Assembly: GCA_024704765.1 (NCBI GenBank)
Contig: JAKMXF010000002.1
Location: 62,001-126,000 of the forward strand
Source of the DNA: Oopsacas minuta
Taxonomy: Eukaryota; Animalia; Porifera
Reading direction: 5' to 3'
DNA: 64,000 nt
Shown here: piece by piece, positions 1 to 13,296 of the stretch
Numbering within the stretch: the stretch's first letter is position 1
Layout of the letters: each line of letters opens with the position of its first letter
Notes under the pieces: generated by a model
Database searches by the model: none
What the model saw: the letters and a program-made list of their open reading frames with translations, nothing else
What the model was told of the DNA's origin: nothing
Translations under genes and position numbers: made by a program

Positions 1-782
1 TTATCAATCCTTTATCAATCCATGTCCTCTGGCTGTAGCCAATATTCTGAACCAAAACCAACGCCTCAACTATTATTATAACCATAAATATGAATTTAAT
101 CAAATTGTAAATAATTATTAGACAGACTTTGTATTATTTAATCTCAATGATTTGTATATCTGTGTCTGTGTACGTGTTTGTCCAGTTATATTTGTGGACT
201 CTGAAATTCGAATATCTGTGTATTTATCGTTTTTGTCAAGGGGGTAAATAGAATTCAATAATACTCAACTAAGGATTTCAAACAAACGATTAACACTTCC
301 AAATCAATAAGTTCATTTATTTGTGTCAGGTACAGAAAGAAATAGTGATATTTTGAAATATAGTAGAGACTTGATCTCATCAGATAGATATGGGCAGAGC
401 CTACTATATATCAAGGCCTGACAGTAACCTAAATATTTTGGATTCGGGATACGTAACCCAATGCAACAGATTCAATGTGATACATATTAATGAAACGGTA
501 CATTTTGCGCAGTGGCAAGGCCAAAGGGGAGCTATGGGGGCTTTAGCCCTCCAAATGAGAGATTCGGCCCCAAAATTTGATAAATTTAAACCAAAATATT
601 TGTAACTTGAATCTCAATTTGGATGGGATAAGATATACGTATTTTATAGAAATTCAATCTATTTTATGATTCCAACACTATTTTCACGGTCTTATAGTTA
701 TAATCTAAGTAGTTTCATACGTCTTTCAATGAAGACATATTGCATAAAATACGTATTGTTAATACATATCATACCTTCAATT

Positions 783-905
783 TACAATTTTTGTGACGTA
801 ACTTCTATTAGGCTGATTTCTGCAATAAATCTTTTCATTAAAAAAAGTAATTCTCGAATTGTTAATGAGAAATCTCAGAATAGTTGAGCAAATTATATAA
901 TAATT
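783..905 (+). repeat. Fragment of the MULE-type long TIR family also present at 58258-58580 and 60620-60793
   Basis: GTGACGTAACTTCTATT...GCTGATTTC...TTCTCGAATTG...AAATTATATAA aligns by eye with 60660-60770 (direct) and 58390-58500 (inverted). Confidence 0.7.
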
Positions 906-910
906 GAAGT

Positions 911-1457
911 CAGGGGCGTCAGGTTGAACATAATAGTGGGGGCCCCGTTATTCTCATTACTCATTTTACGTTAAACTACACAAATTATAATGAATAGTAA
1001 AAAATTTTATATCGAATTTAATGACTTTGTCAACAAATATGACTTATAGGAGAAATTCAGAATATAGCATATTTAATAAATCCTTTAATGCATTTCTGAA
1101 TCGATTAATCGAAGAATATATAGTTATATTATTCCGTAATTAAACAAATAAGCGTATCTTGACCTAGGGTGTGAATAATATAAACATTATTAAATCATAT
1201 CAATAACTAGTTGCTCATATTACATTCATTACAAATACATAAATAACTATGTTTTAATCGGTTAGAAGTATTAAGTATTACAATCAACACCACATACTTA
1301 TTTATATTACATTGAGTAAACCAGGAAATTGGAATATTAAAATATTTTTCAAGTGAGCATAATTTTTTCAAAGATACTAGGGGGGCAGCCCCCCATTTCC
1401 AGGCTCTTTTCAAAACCGGGGGGCGAGCCCCCCGCTCCCCAAAACCTGACGTCCCTA
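911..1457. mobile_element. Non-autonomous hAT-type element (MITE)
   Basis: Ends are CAGGGGCGTCAGG ... CCTGACGTCCCTA. 8-bp flanks are ATTGAAGT (903-910) and ATTGAAAT (1458-1465). G/C-run subterminal blocks are present. Confidence 0.75.
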
Positions 1458-1670
1458 ATTGAAATAATGTGACTGATATAAGTCCTACAATCTAAAAATC
1501 TCATATTTCGAGGTTAACCTAGGCGTATACTAATTCAAATAGATCACGTATAACGTATTATGCAACTTAGGTTGTAGTACATTATATATCATCATACTTA
1601 GATAAGAATACTACTCAGTTGCTGCTTGCAGGCTTGAGTAGACTATAGTTAATAATGGTTCAAATAACCA

Positions 1671-1858
1671 CAGTATAGAAGACTCTCGTTAATACGTACA
1701 CCAGGGAACTGCAAAAATTCATACTCCTTATCCGGAGTACGTATTTCCGAACTAATTTTCAATGAAAAGGCATCGAATGAAACTGAAAATGTGTACAAAT
1801 TAGTAGTCCTTATCTGGAGTAACCCCTTAATCGTGCTCGTATTAACGAGACTCTACTG
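1671..1858. mobile_element. pogo/Tigger-type MITE
   Basis: Inverted ends CAGTA..GACTCTCGTTAATACG / CGTATTAACGAGACTCTACTG, with TA on the right flank. Confidence 0.7.
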
Positions 1859-2482
1859 TATACGTTACTGACAACTCAATGATTTATGTTATTAATAATA
1901 TAAAATATTTTACAAATACAGTGATAACAAAATTGAGTTGTCTTTACAACAACCTAAGTTGTTTAGCAGTGTGTTCATATAGGCGATACTAGTACACTAG
2001 GTTGATGAGTAAAGTATCTCAAAAAATTTGTTACAGTAAGAAATTATAGAGGCTAGGTCTAAATCATTTTTCTATGCGGACCTATCTGTCAACTCCTAGG
2101 GGCTAAAGCGCCACCCAACAATGAAGGGTGGGCTCGCCCCTAATTTTGCCCCGAATTTATACGTATTGCATAATTCATAACAACAAGTTGTCAACCATAT
2201 CCGCTAAAATATCAGAAATGGGGCGAAATTTGTGTCTGGGAAGCATATTGTTGCAATATGCAATTCTTTGATGGCTTAAAGACAGTTAAATAATGCATCT
2301 TTCAATTGAAAGTGAATGACAGGAAAAGAATGTAGGATGACTATTAGTTATCACGTGCTTCTCTAGGAAAAACACTGTGTGTCCTTTTTCTCAATTTATG
2401 TAGCATATAGGATAATTATGATTATCATTATAATGTATGATTCACAAAATCCTATGTAATAAACATAGCCTACTATATATAA

Positions 2483-3430
2483 GGTCTGTTGCGTGGGATT
2501 TTAATTCATTAGTATTATTGGACCAGAGAAAATCTTCCACCGTGAGATTTTAACTCATCTATATTAAACGACTGTGAATTTATAGGATATCCGACCAGGA
2601 TCATTTCAATCACTAATTTGTCCTATTTGTACTCATCAGATTTACCCGAAATTAATATCATTCGGTAGAGGAGTGTTGGACGTTGTATAAAATACAAATT
2701 TCCTAAGTATTTTTTAACTTTTACTTATCTATTTTGTCATGACGAGTAGGGTCGCTTCTCTATTACAAACGACGATATAAAAGTGAGAATTCAAATCTGA
2801 AATTTTGTGTTTATATTTGTGACCCATGGATGTTTATATAAATTATATTTCATCCAAAAATTCCTAAAACTAGAAGGGATATAAGTATTCCAATCTGAAG
2901 TCAGAGTTATATTGGTTGGGAAAGTATCATTTTGCAAAAAGTAGGGTCAGTTCAAATTGATATTTGATATCACAAATCGAACTCAAACTATTATATTTTG
3001 ATAACAATCGATAGCTGAGACATGGGATGTATACCATTATGTCGCTATAATCATGAAATTCTGAAAGATACAGTCACAATGAGGTTCTAAAAATGACATA
3101 ATTGTCGTTATTTATCATTTTCGAAATTTCAATTTAGAGTCAAATTTCAAAAATGATTCTTTCTCAGAATCGCCTGCTTTTATATTATATCATTCAATTT
3201 CCTTTAAAAAAAACAGAGGTCGATAGTACTTTTAATGAATATTAAATAATAATATTTTGGAAAATGTTTTTCCACTAGCCATATCATTATTCACATTGTC
3301 TAGTACAATACTAGATTATCTCATAAGACTAATGAGCATGACTGTTATCTACGCATGAAGTAACACAAGTTATAACTCTTCTCTTGGTTCCCATTCTAAT
3401 GTTGCTACAACAAACGAATATTCAAACCGC
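2483..3430 (+). repeat. Left long inverted repeat
   Basis: Near-identical to the reverse complement of 7540-8485 along its whole length. Confidence 0.9.
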
Positions 3431-3508
3431 ATAATACTGAAATTACGAATTACATTTTCTATTTTTATCCATCACAATGAAATATACATATTGACAAATA
3501 GTCAGATA

Positions 3509-4347
3509 TCTTCCAGAAAGGTTTAGAGAAGGATATCTAAATAGCTCTGTTGGACACACAAACGCATCCAACTTTGAAGAGCTTGAAATATTGTTACGCC
3601 AAAATGTCCGCGAGATCTTAGCAGAATTGGATGCCCGTTTTGGTACAGATCAATCAGGCATCATGAAGGCTGCTGATTGCTGCTTATCAAGGTCATAAAA
3701 CTTTCTTAACAAACAGGAATTGAATACACTATCTGAACTGTATGCAATAGATATCAAAGATTGTGAAATAGAATTTTTCCGTTCGTTTATTGCTCGGAAA
3801 GATGAATCTCAGCTAAATACTTTGATCGATGTACTGGATGTGATTGACAAAGATATTTTCCCTGATGTTTTCAACTTATACCAAATTCTTGTGACTATCC
3901 CTCAGACGTCTTGCATGGTTGAGAGAATGTTCTCATCTGTTAAGAGAATAAAAACACGTTTGCGCTCACAAATGACCACTGAGCGTCTCAACCATCTTGC
4001 CCTGTTATCTATTGAAAAAGATATTGCAGAAACACTTTGTTATAATGATGTGATCGAACATTTTAAGCAGATGAAGCACCGCCGCTTTCTTTTGTAATGT
4101 CAAATAGTATCCCTGAATTGAGTTTAGTATCTTAATAAATGCTCTTACTATAATGTAGACTAATCTAATGCTCCCTAGCCTAGTAATCTGGTACTTTATG
4201 AATTAAAAAGGTTATACATGTAAGAAAAGGAGACTGGGTCGTACTTGTTATACACAAGTAATTAACTTTTCAAAAATATTTATCCCTGCAGTTGCCCTCC
4301 CGAAATACTTCTTGCCCCCCGAATGTCTTGCTCTAGCTACGTGCCTG
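3509..4347 (+). mobile_element. 3' half of a hAT (ZMYM1/Tip100-like) transposon, displaced by inversion
   Basis: Encodes LPERFREG...ELDARF...SCMVERMFSSVKRIKTRLRSQM (hAT dimerisation domain containing the catalytic E; ORF 3720-4097). Ends in TIR TAGCTACGTGCCTG followed by TCTCACTA. Confidence 0.9.
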
Positions 4348-4842
4348 TCTCACTATGGCAATTTATTTGATGCCCAGGAACAGAAAGGGGAATATTTGGT
4401 AACATGTCTTTGTTAATACTTAGATTAGAACATCCTATAGATTCAGATGGCTCTGTGGCGTGTTTGTAATAAAACTACTAAATACCATTTTTATTTTATT
4501 CCTTGACGGTTTAGTAAAACTTAATTTGCTCTTTTTCATTTTGGATCACTCCTCCCTACAAACCTTCCTCATTTTCCACAACACTTTTTTATTTTTGTTT
4601 AACTGCTTCACTTGCTAATATTGTAAAAGCAAATTTGAATACAGTAATTCTGTCATCTATATTAACATATTTTGGCCTGCGGCCTTTAGCCTAGTTTCGT
4701 ATTTCAAAATATTATGTTTTACTATCCTAAACCAATTTTACACTAGCGTTACTATCTCTTAAAGTAATGTCTTTGTCACTACATACTCTAGACAAAATAT
4801 TTCAGAAATACTGAAGTATGATTCAATAAGGATCAGGTAAGA

Positions 4843-6571
4843 CGCCGTTGCCTGATTGTGTCTCTTACATCAAAATTTTCGAATTCATATTTACCAGACA
4901 AATCTTTGGCATATTCGACAACCTTGTCAAAATCGAAATTGACCAACCTTTCCCTCAGATCGGCAAGTAATATCAAACAAGAAGAAACAGTTGCTGTCGA
5001 CTTCTGAAAGCTTTAGTGCAAAAATCAGAGTAATCATACAGCCTACCAAAGTAAACTAAGATGGTCATAAATTTCTTTGTTTGTAGACTACCTAGTAAAG
5101 ATTTAGCTGCTAAACTTGTGTCTGCATCATTATCATTTCCAAATATGCTTAAAGTATCAAGTATGCAATCAAACCGACGCAGAAACCTTTCCACCTCCAA
5201 AGAACGGGAAGACCAACGAGTACTACATGAACGTGCAAGTTCAAGAGCTTGGACGTTGGGATAGCGCTCACCCTGGACGTCTATGAAAACTGCATGTCGC
5301 TTTGTTCCATTCATGAACGAATACGTCAAATCCAATATATCAAAGAAAGATTTCATCAGAGGATGTCGTTCAGCAGTTGCAGCTAATACTAAGTTAAGCC
5401 TATGTGAAGCACAATGAACATATGTGGCATTGCGATAACCTGCTCCTTTCATGCGGGCTTGGACACCACCGTGTATTCCTGACATAACACTAGCCCCGTC
5501 GTAACCCTGCCCTACACATTTCAGAGGATCGAGCTCAAAAGGCTTAAGTAGCTCTATCAGTTTTTCAGAGATGGTGCCCGCATCCATGTCCTTCAATTCA
5601 ATAAAGCCAATAGCTCTTTCTCGGACATTACCTTTATGGATATATCGCAAAGAAGCACCTAACAACTCCTTCTTAGATGCATCTTTTACTTCGTCAGCTA
5701 GAATAGCATAACAAGACGCGATTTCTACTTCACTTTTAACATAGTCTAGGAGCACTGAAGCGAGTGATGTAAGCAAATCATTTTGAATATCTGGACTTAG
5801 CATTTTTGCATTTCCTGGAAGACTTTCTATCCTCTTGGTCACATTGCTATCATATTTTCCTAAAAGTTCTAATATTTCAAGAAAGTTCCCTTTATTAAGC
5901 GACTGATCTGATTCATCATCTCCTCGAAGAGGAATATCTTGTTTGGCACAAAAAGCAATAATGTCAAGAACAGTCATTAAATGTTTCCGATTGTCATCTA
6001 TGAATTTCTCATTTCGAAAATTTGGATCCAGTTGCTTATCTACCGTCCCTATTATTTGATGAATTGCCCAGACTTTCTGTGTTTCAACAGCTGCCATATG
6101 ACACACAGAACTATCGTGCTTCCTGCACTTGTCGCCAAGTTTCCTCCAGTCACAAAGTCCTTTTGTTGAAAAAGTTGCTTCAGCTGTTGATCCTCCAAAA
6201 AGCCGACACGGTTGGCAAAATATAGCATCGAGTTCTTTGCTATACTCTATCCAGGAGAATTGGGCATACCAATGAGTACTAAAATGTCTACCGGCCTCAT
6301 TTTTTGGGAAGATAATAGAAGGCTGCCTCGGTTTCTCACCATTTTTGGACAAATCATTTACAGTCACAATTGGTGATTGTATATGAGTCGTGTTTAAACT
6401 TGGAGTTGAAATAGTTGTACAAGAATCGGAAGTTAAAGGGGTCGAAACTTGAAGACTCGTAACAACAGGCTCTACCTTCTCATAATTTGAAGAGACGACA
6501 TGATCTTCGATTTCTATTCGATTTCTTTTAAAATATGCCTGAACTTTGCTTTGTTGTAGTCTTTTAGTCAT
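4843..6571 (-). pseudogene. hAT transposase, N-terminal part (TTF zinc finger, DUF4371-like region, DDE core)
   Basis: 532-aa ORF with WIEYSKELDAIFCQPC, ILADEVKD, QGYDGASVMSG, CASHRLNL and TRWSSR. Frameshift near 5010; truncated at the inversion breakpoint after TIRQRRL. Confidence 0.9.
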
Positions 6572-6961
6572 CTAGAATTGTTAGAGATACGAGTCACTGA
6601 ACTGATTGAAGAACAGAAAATGTGAAAGATTTGAGATATAGAATGACTTTATAACTTATAGAGAATATCTGAAATTGGCTTCACTCATGTGTAAATTTCA
6701 AAACAAGCTTTGAAAACTGAAACCCTAAGAGCATCACCAATGCTTCAATTACTTCAATGGACAGTCTAACTTCTGACAACAATTACTAGCGGTCGTGGTA
6801 ATTCAATTAAAATTATAGTAGTAATTCAGTGCCTGTCAAAATAGAACAAGTTTACTATCAATGAGCGTTACTTCCTGTCTAGTATTAAAACCATTATCGC
6901 AACGCGAGTTATTAATTTCATAGTTTTGACGATGCAGTTGAAGTACATAGGCTATTAATTA

Positions 6962-7102
6962 CAGTGGAGTTCGCTTATTAGCAACTCGGATTTTGCAGAG
7001 ATTTGGTTGCTAATAGGGCAACGAAATTAACATTATAATCCCGTTTGGGACCCGAAAGCTGGTTGCTAATAGAGCAATATTACTAATAAGCTAACTACAT
7101 TG
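6962..7102. mobile_element. pogo/Tigger-type MITE nested in the hAT 5' region
   Basis: TA|CAGTGGAGTTCGCTTATTAGCAA ... TTACTAATAAGCTAACTACATTG|TA. Confidence 0.7.
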
Positions 7103-7539
7103 TATATAAAAACGAAAACTTCCAAATTTATCTGGGGGGGCGAGAAAAACTTTTGGGGGGGCGACCGCCCCCCCTTGCCCCCCCGTAGCTACGTGCCTGT
7201 AGTGAGATCAAGATAATTCTACATCTTACTTGCTCATACGTTGGCAGGGAAAGATGTAAAAATAATTAAATCAATATTTAACAAGGCATTTATTGAAAGA
7301 AGAATTATTCTTAACAATTGTGGTGATTGTTATGACTAAACTGGGACGAAAGACTAAAAGAGTTAGAACAAGTAGTCATTTTATCCAAATATAAATTTAG
7401 AGTGAGTGAAGTTATCCGTTTTGAATACTGCGCTAACCTCACAGTCGCATTGTCCCGTGAAAATTATACAATAATACATACGTAGTATGGAGATTAGACT
7501 TAAGAATATTAGATATATAAAAATAGATGAGTATTTGTG

Positions 7540-8485
7540 GTTTGAATATTCGTTTGTTGTAGCAACATTAGAATGGGAACCAAGAGAAGAGTTATAACTT
7601 GTGTTACTTCATGCGTAGATAACAGTCATGCTCATTAGTATTATGAGATAATCTAGTATTGTACTAGACAATGTGAATAATGATATGGCTAGTGGAAAAA
7701 CATTATCCAAAAAATTATTTTTTAATATTCATTAAAAGTACTATCGACCTCTGTTTTTATTAAAGGAAATTGAATGATATAATATAAAAGCAGGCGATTC
7801 TGAGAAAGAATAATTTTTGAAATTTGACTCTAAATTGAAATTTCGAAAATGCATAAATAACGACAATTATGTCATTTTTAGAACCTCATTGTGACTGTAT
7901 CTTTCAGAATTTCATGATTATAGCGACATAATGGTATACATCCCATGTCTCAGCTATCGATTGTTATCAAAATATAATAGTTTGAGTTCGATTTGTGATA
8001 TCAAATATCAATTTGAACTGACCCTACTTTTTGTAAAATGATACTTTCCCCCTCCAATATAACTCTGACTTCAGATTGGAATACTTATATCCCTTCTAGT
8101 TTTAGGAATTTTTGGATGAAATATAATTTATATAAACTTCCATGGGTCACAAATATAGACACAAAATTTCAGATTTGAATTCTCACTTTTAGATCGTCGT
8201 TTGTAATAGAGAAGCGACCCTACTCGTCCTGACAAAATAGATAGGTTAAAGTTAAAAATACTTAGGAAAATTGTATTTTATACAACGTCCAACATTCCTC
8301 TACCGAATGATATTAATTTCGGGTAAATCTGATGAGTACAAATAGGACAAATTAGTGATTGAAATGATCCTGGTCGAATATCCTGTAAATTCACAGTCGT
8401 TTAATATAGATGAGTTAAAATCTCACGGTGAAAAACTGTCCCTGGTCCAATAATACTAATGAATTAAAGTCTCACGCAACAGGCC
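7540..8485 (-). repeat. Right long inverted repeat
   Basis: Reverse complement of 2483-3430. Confidence 0.9.
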
Positions 8486-9297
8486 TACCAAGTGATTATA
8501 GATATTGGAACAGAGATGCACGACGCGACAGAAGCGTAATTTCATGTAGATGTCCCCTTCATGCAAAAATCACCATTACTGGGTATAAGAAATTATTCTA
8601 GGCTATATATTCGTACTCAACAGGCATTTGTCGTTTTTCATACATTTTCCTCATTTAAATGCATGATAGTAGTAGTAAACATATGTGTTAATTTCACATT
8701 ATGATCTCAACAAACGATACCTAACTTGTCAAATATTAACTGTAAATAAATCAATTTATCCTTGGGATGTAGAAGCAGTGGTTCATCTAGATATGGAGGG
8801 CTCAAAGTGGGCTTAAAATGGGAGTTAGGAAAGAATGGGTACTTTCATTTGAAATAGACATATATTATGTATTATCGGCATATAGATTATCATACGCTAG
8901 GAATCATTTAGTGCATTCAATTTTTATAAGGTTTCTATATATCATGTTCTGACGTCATAGCTTTCTGTTGAATTTTTTTTTTTTTTAATATCTGATTGTA
9001 TAACAATGTTAGCCCTATAAATTGTATTACTTGGGTATAGTATTTCATAGCCATGGAAGCAATTACAACTGTTACAATTTCAAAATTACTCATGATTTTA
9101 TAAAATGACGTAATACACAATTTTTCATAATTTTTGCTTTGTACTTCATACTTCTCAATGCGTTTTTAGAATTTATTAATATCTTTTTGCTAATATATAT
9201 ATCAATTCTGACAATTTTTGGATAGAAATAATAAGCACTTATATTAAGAGATGTTTATTTGTATTATATATTTGCTAACATTCAGCAAACTACGTTG

Positions 9298-10480
9298 TTA
9301 CAATATCATATCAATAATAAGGCCCTTAACGATATTATCAATAGATGATTCTAATAAATCTCTTGCATTGTGTCTACAGCACTTATCTCTTCGGGTATGG
9401 CCGTGTCCTCTGCACTTTTCGCATACCACTGTCGATCAATATTTCATTAACACTGGATCGCATTCAGATGAAAGTCTGACAAATATATCAACGACATTAT
9501 CCTAGAAGGAAAATTTCCTTGCCAGATTTTCCCTTTATTTCTGAATAATTTGTTGCAAGCTTCTGATCCTTCTTCGCTAAAGCATTTCAATCAATACCCA
9601 AATTTCATTTCTCTCAGTATTTCTTCAGAATGGGGTAGTAGTTTATGTAAAGTTGGTGTAATGTTCACCCAGAGGAAGGATTGAACTATAAGGAGATAGG
9701 TGTCTGTACAAAGGTTACCCAATTCTTCTGTATTGATTTTCTGTCTGAATTCACGATTCTCAGAATGACAGATAATTGTGTGTGCAATTTACAAAGGGAG
9801 TCCCTATGATCAATCTTAACCAAAGACCTTGCGCATTCAATAAACTTGGAATCGTTTGAAAAAGCTCTTTGAGCCACACCACAGTGGAAGTAGTGCCTCC
9901 TTTGGGGTCTGGTTGGTCAATTCTTAGACCTGTTACGTCTTGAATTATGGTTCGCACATCCGTCATAGAGTCTTTAATTTCTTTTGATGATGGTGACCAT
10001 GTGAGTGTATTACAATTCAGTGGTACACAAGTAAATTAAACCATCTAAAAATGTACGTATAGAAATGTAAGGTAGAAGCATAAAGAATATCTATTGTTGA
10101 TAATGGTTGGTGAGTCAGGTTAAATCTTTGATTAGTTGGTAATGAAAAGAAAGCATCAATGTCTTCGAGTTCTCCAAGCAATTGAAGCTCCTGAGAGAAT
10201 ACTTACCATTTTACCATCAAGCATTGATCGGACAACATCGACAAATATATGTTTATCATCGGCAAAATAGAAACCTTGGTTCTTCATTGATCTGTTTCGG
10301 GATTGACGATATCTTTCATAAATTGGCGAATATTGTCATGATTATCTGTGGCAGGCGCAAGAAGGAAAATTGGACGTTGGGAGAATGGAGAATTCGGGCA
10401 GTTGTTTTCCAAATTTCCTTTCCACTAGAATTGACAATGTGTACTGCTTTAATAGAAAAGTGTGAAAATCGGATTCAACA
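9298..10480 (-). pseudogene. Transib/RAG1-like transposase fragment
   Basis: Manual translation across frameshifts and stops gives IWK..PNSPFSQRPIFLL, RSMLDGKM (second D), GLRIDQPDPKGGTTST, TPTLHKLLPHS (Zn histidines), SEEGSEACNKLFR (catalytic E) and C-terminal CEKCRGHGHTRRDKC. Stop at 9298. Confidence 0.8.
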
Positions 10481-12413
10481 TATTAGATATATTTTGGGAA
10501 GTTTTATTGAATCCTATTAAGGATTCTAATATAAGTGACGGAATGACAATCTGTTAGTAGTGCTTAAGAAAGTTATAATAATGCATAACTATTGACTATT
10601 ACTAACCACATATTTATGCTTTGATGTCTAATATATATGAATCTCGAATATAAGAATAATATAGGTAGCTTTCAATACTCATCAAAGAACAAATCATAAT
10701 CTATATATATTCAAATTCAAGTTCCTATAATTTTAATAGAAATATTTTTGAAGACTTATCCTGACAACAGTGTTAACATGCATGAAGTGGTGTAACTCTA
10801 TACTAATGAATGAACTAATAGTAAATACTACTCGTTTTAACTTTACATTACAAATTTTCATTCTAAGAGGGGTAAAAAGACACGACCTCCAAAATGGCCA
10901 AAATATCAAGAATCTATTAAATTTTAGACACATACTTCGTTTCCTTCTTTAGCAGTCCTTGTTAAGTAGCTTCTTGCTTTTGCTTAGGGTATTATCAGTA
11001 TCTGTAATTTAATAATTGGATACCAGTCTACATATGCATGGCCTTTTCAGGAAAGTCGAAATATATTCCATAATAGTTAATTCTTAAACCTAGCTCGAAG
11101 TTTTGGTTCAGTTTCATATTCTATATTCTTATCCATAGTACAAATAATAAATAATTACATTTACTAAGGTTATGAGTGTACATAAATATTTTCTTCATAA
11201 ATGCCTCTATTCCCTGATATGGAGCCAAATTTTTGGGACCCGTGACCTAAGTAACATACTAAATGGTGCAGCTTGGCCTACGACCTACTTAAATATAATA
11301 CTGTTTAAGTAACCGAGAAGGCTAACAGCAAATGTGTTTTTATCACTTATCTCCAGAAATATATGTTTTAGAGCAGTGGTATGTATTAATGACATATAGG
11401 GATATGACAGCAAAGTATGTATTTCTATTGTGAATCAGGATATCTCATCATATGGTTTCGTAAGATCTATTTTAAAAACGAAGAATGTTGCATTTCAAAC
11501 TATGTTTAAACCATGTCTTTAGTGTTTTTGGTGCTTGACAGTTTTATATATATATGGAACATGTGACCAAATCCTAAATATGGGTTAGTTACATCCAAAC
11601 ATGTCCCCTTATCCCTCCTTTTGGTATGTCCCTTTATCTATGAAATGGATGCACTTGTTTTAGGTAACATATAATGAGAGATTGTGTTTATTTATTTATC
11701 ATAAGGGGGCACTTTTTACGTTGCATACATACTACACGAAATCTGCGAATAGAGGCACTACGTACTACGGCAGATTTTATTCCATTCTCATCTAGTATGT
11801 ATTAGTGCGATAAATTCAGGAAACATTTATCCCAGGACGAATTCTCTTTCATGGGTAAGAACACTATTTTCGTACTTTCAAGAATTTTGTCGGACACACT
11901 TCCCCTACCTACCATATAATCCACTACTCCATATGTATAATATATTGATCCTCTTCTATTGCTTATAATTATCACCATAATATGGCTGTAATATTACCAT
12001 TATCATAATGTCTTCATAATATTTCTCATTCTAGTTTGACAAGGCAATAGTGAATATTTTAGATTTTTTGAGATTTTCGAGGCTCTGATAGTAGCCTTAA
12101 CTATATAAGGATACTTTTGTGTAAAATTTGTTTTCAATATTGCATATTCAACTAGACAATTTTTAGATATTTTTCTTGCAATATTCTTTGTTGTTTACTC
12201 CATATATAGTGACCTGGTCGAGTATTTATAATATTGATTTCATGTAAGATTTATCATTGTGAATTAAATATTATAAATTTAGTTTTGTAACCACAAAAGA
12301 TACCTAATAACTACTCTAAATACCCAAGAGAATACTAAATATAGACTATATCGTACAGACTAGAATACAAATAACAAGTATGTATGTATGATGTATGTGT
12401 ACATTTGTATATA

Positions 12414-12842
12414 TAGTCAAACTTTCTTAACGGCCATCTCTGTATAACGGTCACCTGCACATAGCGGCAACTTAATAACAGTCCGCTACAATTTACCTCT
12501 CTATAGCGGCCACCAATTTTGGTCCGTTACTGACGCTAAACCTGTTTATAAGGGCCACTTCCTCTATATACCGGCCAGTTTCTTTACCTAACGGCCACTA
12601 TATATAGTGGTCGCCTCCAATAAGGGGTACCTTGGGTGACAAGTACCTTTGGTGGCCAACCTTAACTACTTCCACCATAATATCTTAATTATAGGTAACT
12701 TGTCTTTTCTCTATATCAACACCATTAACATAAATTACTACCACACTAATGTACAACAGTCAACCACCCTATAGCTGCCACCTGTATATAACCGCCACTT
12801 TTGGCCAGTACCTCTGGTGGCAGTTATAGACAAGTTTGACTG
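12414..12842. mobile_element. pogo/Tigger-type MITE (same family as 31429-31812)
   Basis: Ends are (T)AGTCAAACTT / AAGTTTGACTG, with many internal (T)ATAGCGGCCAC-like repeats. Confidence 0.75.
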
Positions 12843-13296
12843 TTTGAGTTTATATGTCCAAAATTGATTGAAGGAACTGTTACCCCACAGTTGATTCCTG
12901 GCCTGGGTCAGAAATTCGAGTATTGGAAGAATTTTCGCACCTTGAAATTATAACGTAATTTTCACCATTTCTGAACTTTCGAAAAGTTACATTAATGGCC
13001 ACTGCCCTAGATAAATAATTGATAGAAGTGTTAAAATTTATCGCAGGTAACTCTCGATGTGTTAAATAAGCTGACATGACATTCACTAAATGCAAACTCA
13101 TCACGGGAGTATTACGTGATTTTACGTCATCGTTATAATGCCAACAGTTGAAAATATAACAAATTTCGATATTTTTTGATAATTTAATCTTCATCGAGGC
13201 TCATAGTGCCGAGATAAATATCACAAAGCTGTGTAGCAACATCAGTGTCTCGACAGGAGGTAATAAGGGCTTAGTGCACATTAAGATAAAGTTCTA

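Larger units (their letters stand above)
4839..7199 (-). mobile_element. 5' half of the same hAT transposon
   Basis: TIR CAGGCACGTAGCTA on the minus strand, preceded by TCTCACTA (plus strand 7200-7207 TAGTGAGA). Contains the transposase 5' region. Confidence 0.9.
2483..8485. mobile_element. Non-autonomous foldback element with ~950-bp TIRs, possibly PIF/Harbinger; hosts a hAT insertion and an internal inversion
   Basis: 2483-~3430 is an inverted copy of ~7540-8485. Termini are GG(T/C)CTGTTGCGTG, flanked by TAA / TAC (TWA-like, 2/3 match). Confidence 0.65.

Noticed and set aside
8490-9290. RAG2-like partner gene or RSS-like TIR next to the RAG1-like fragment
   Set aside because: No ORF, kelch repeats or convincing CAC heptamer/nonamer end was found on either side.
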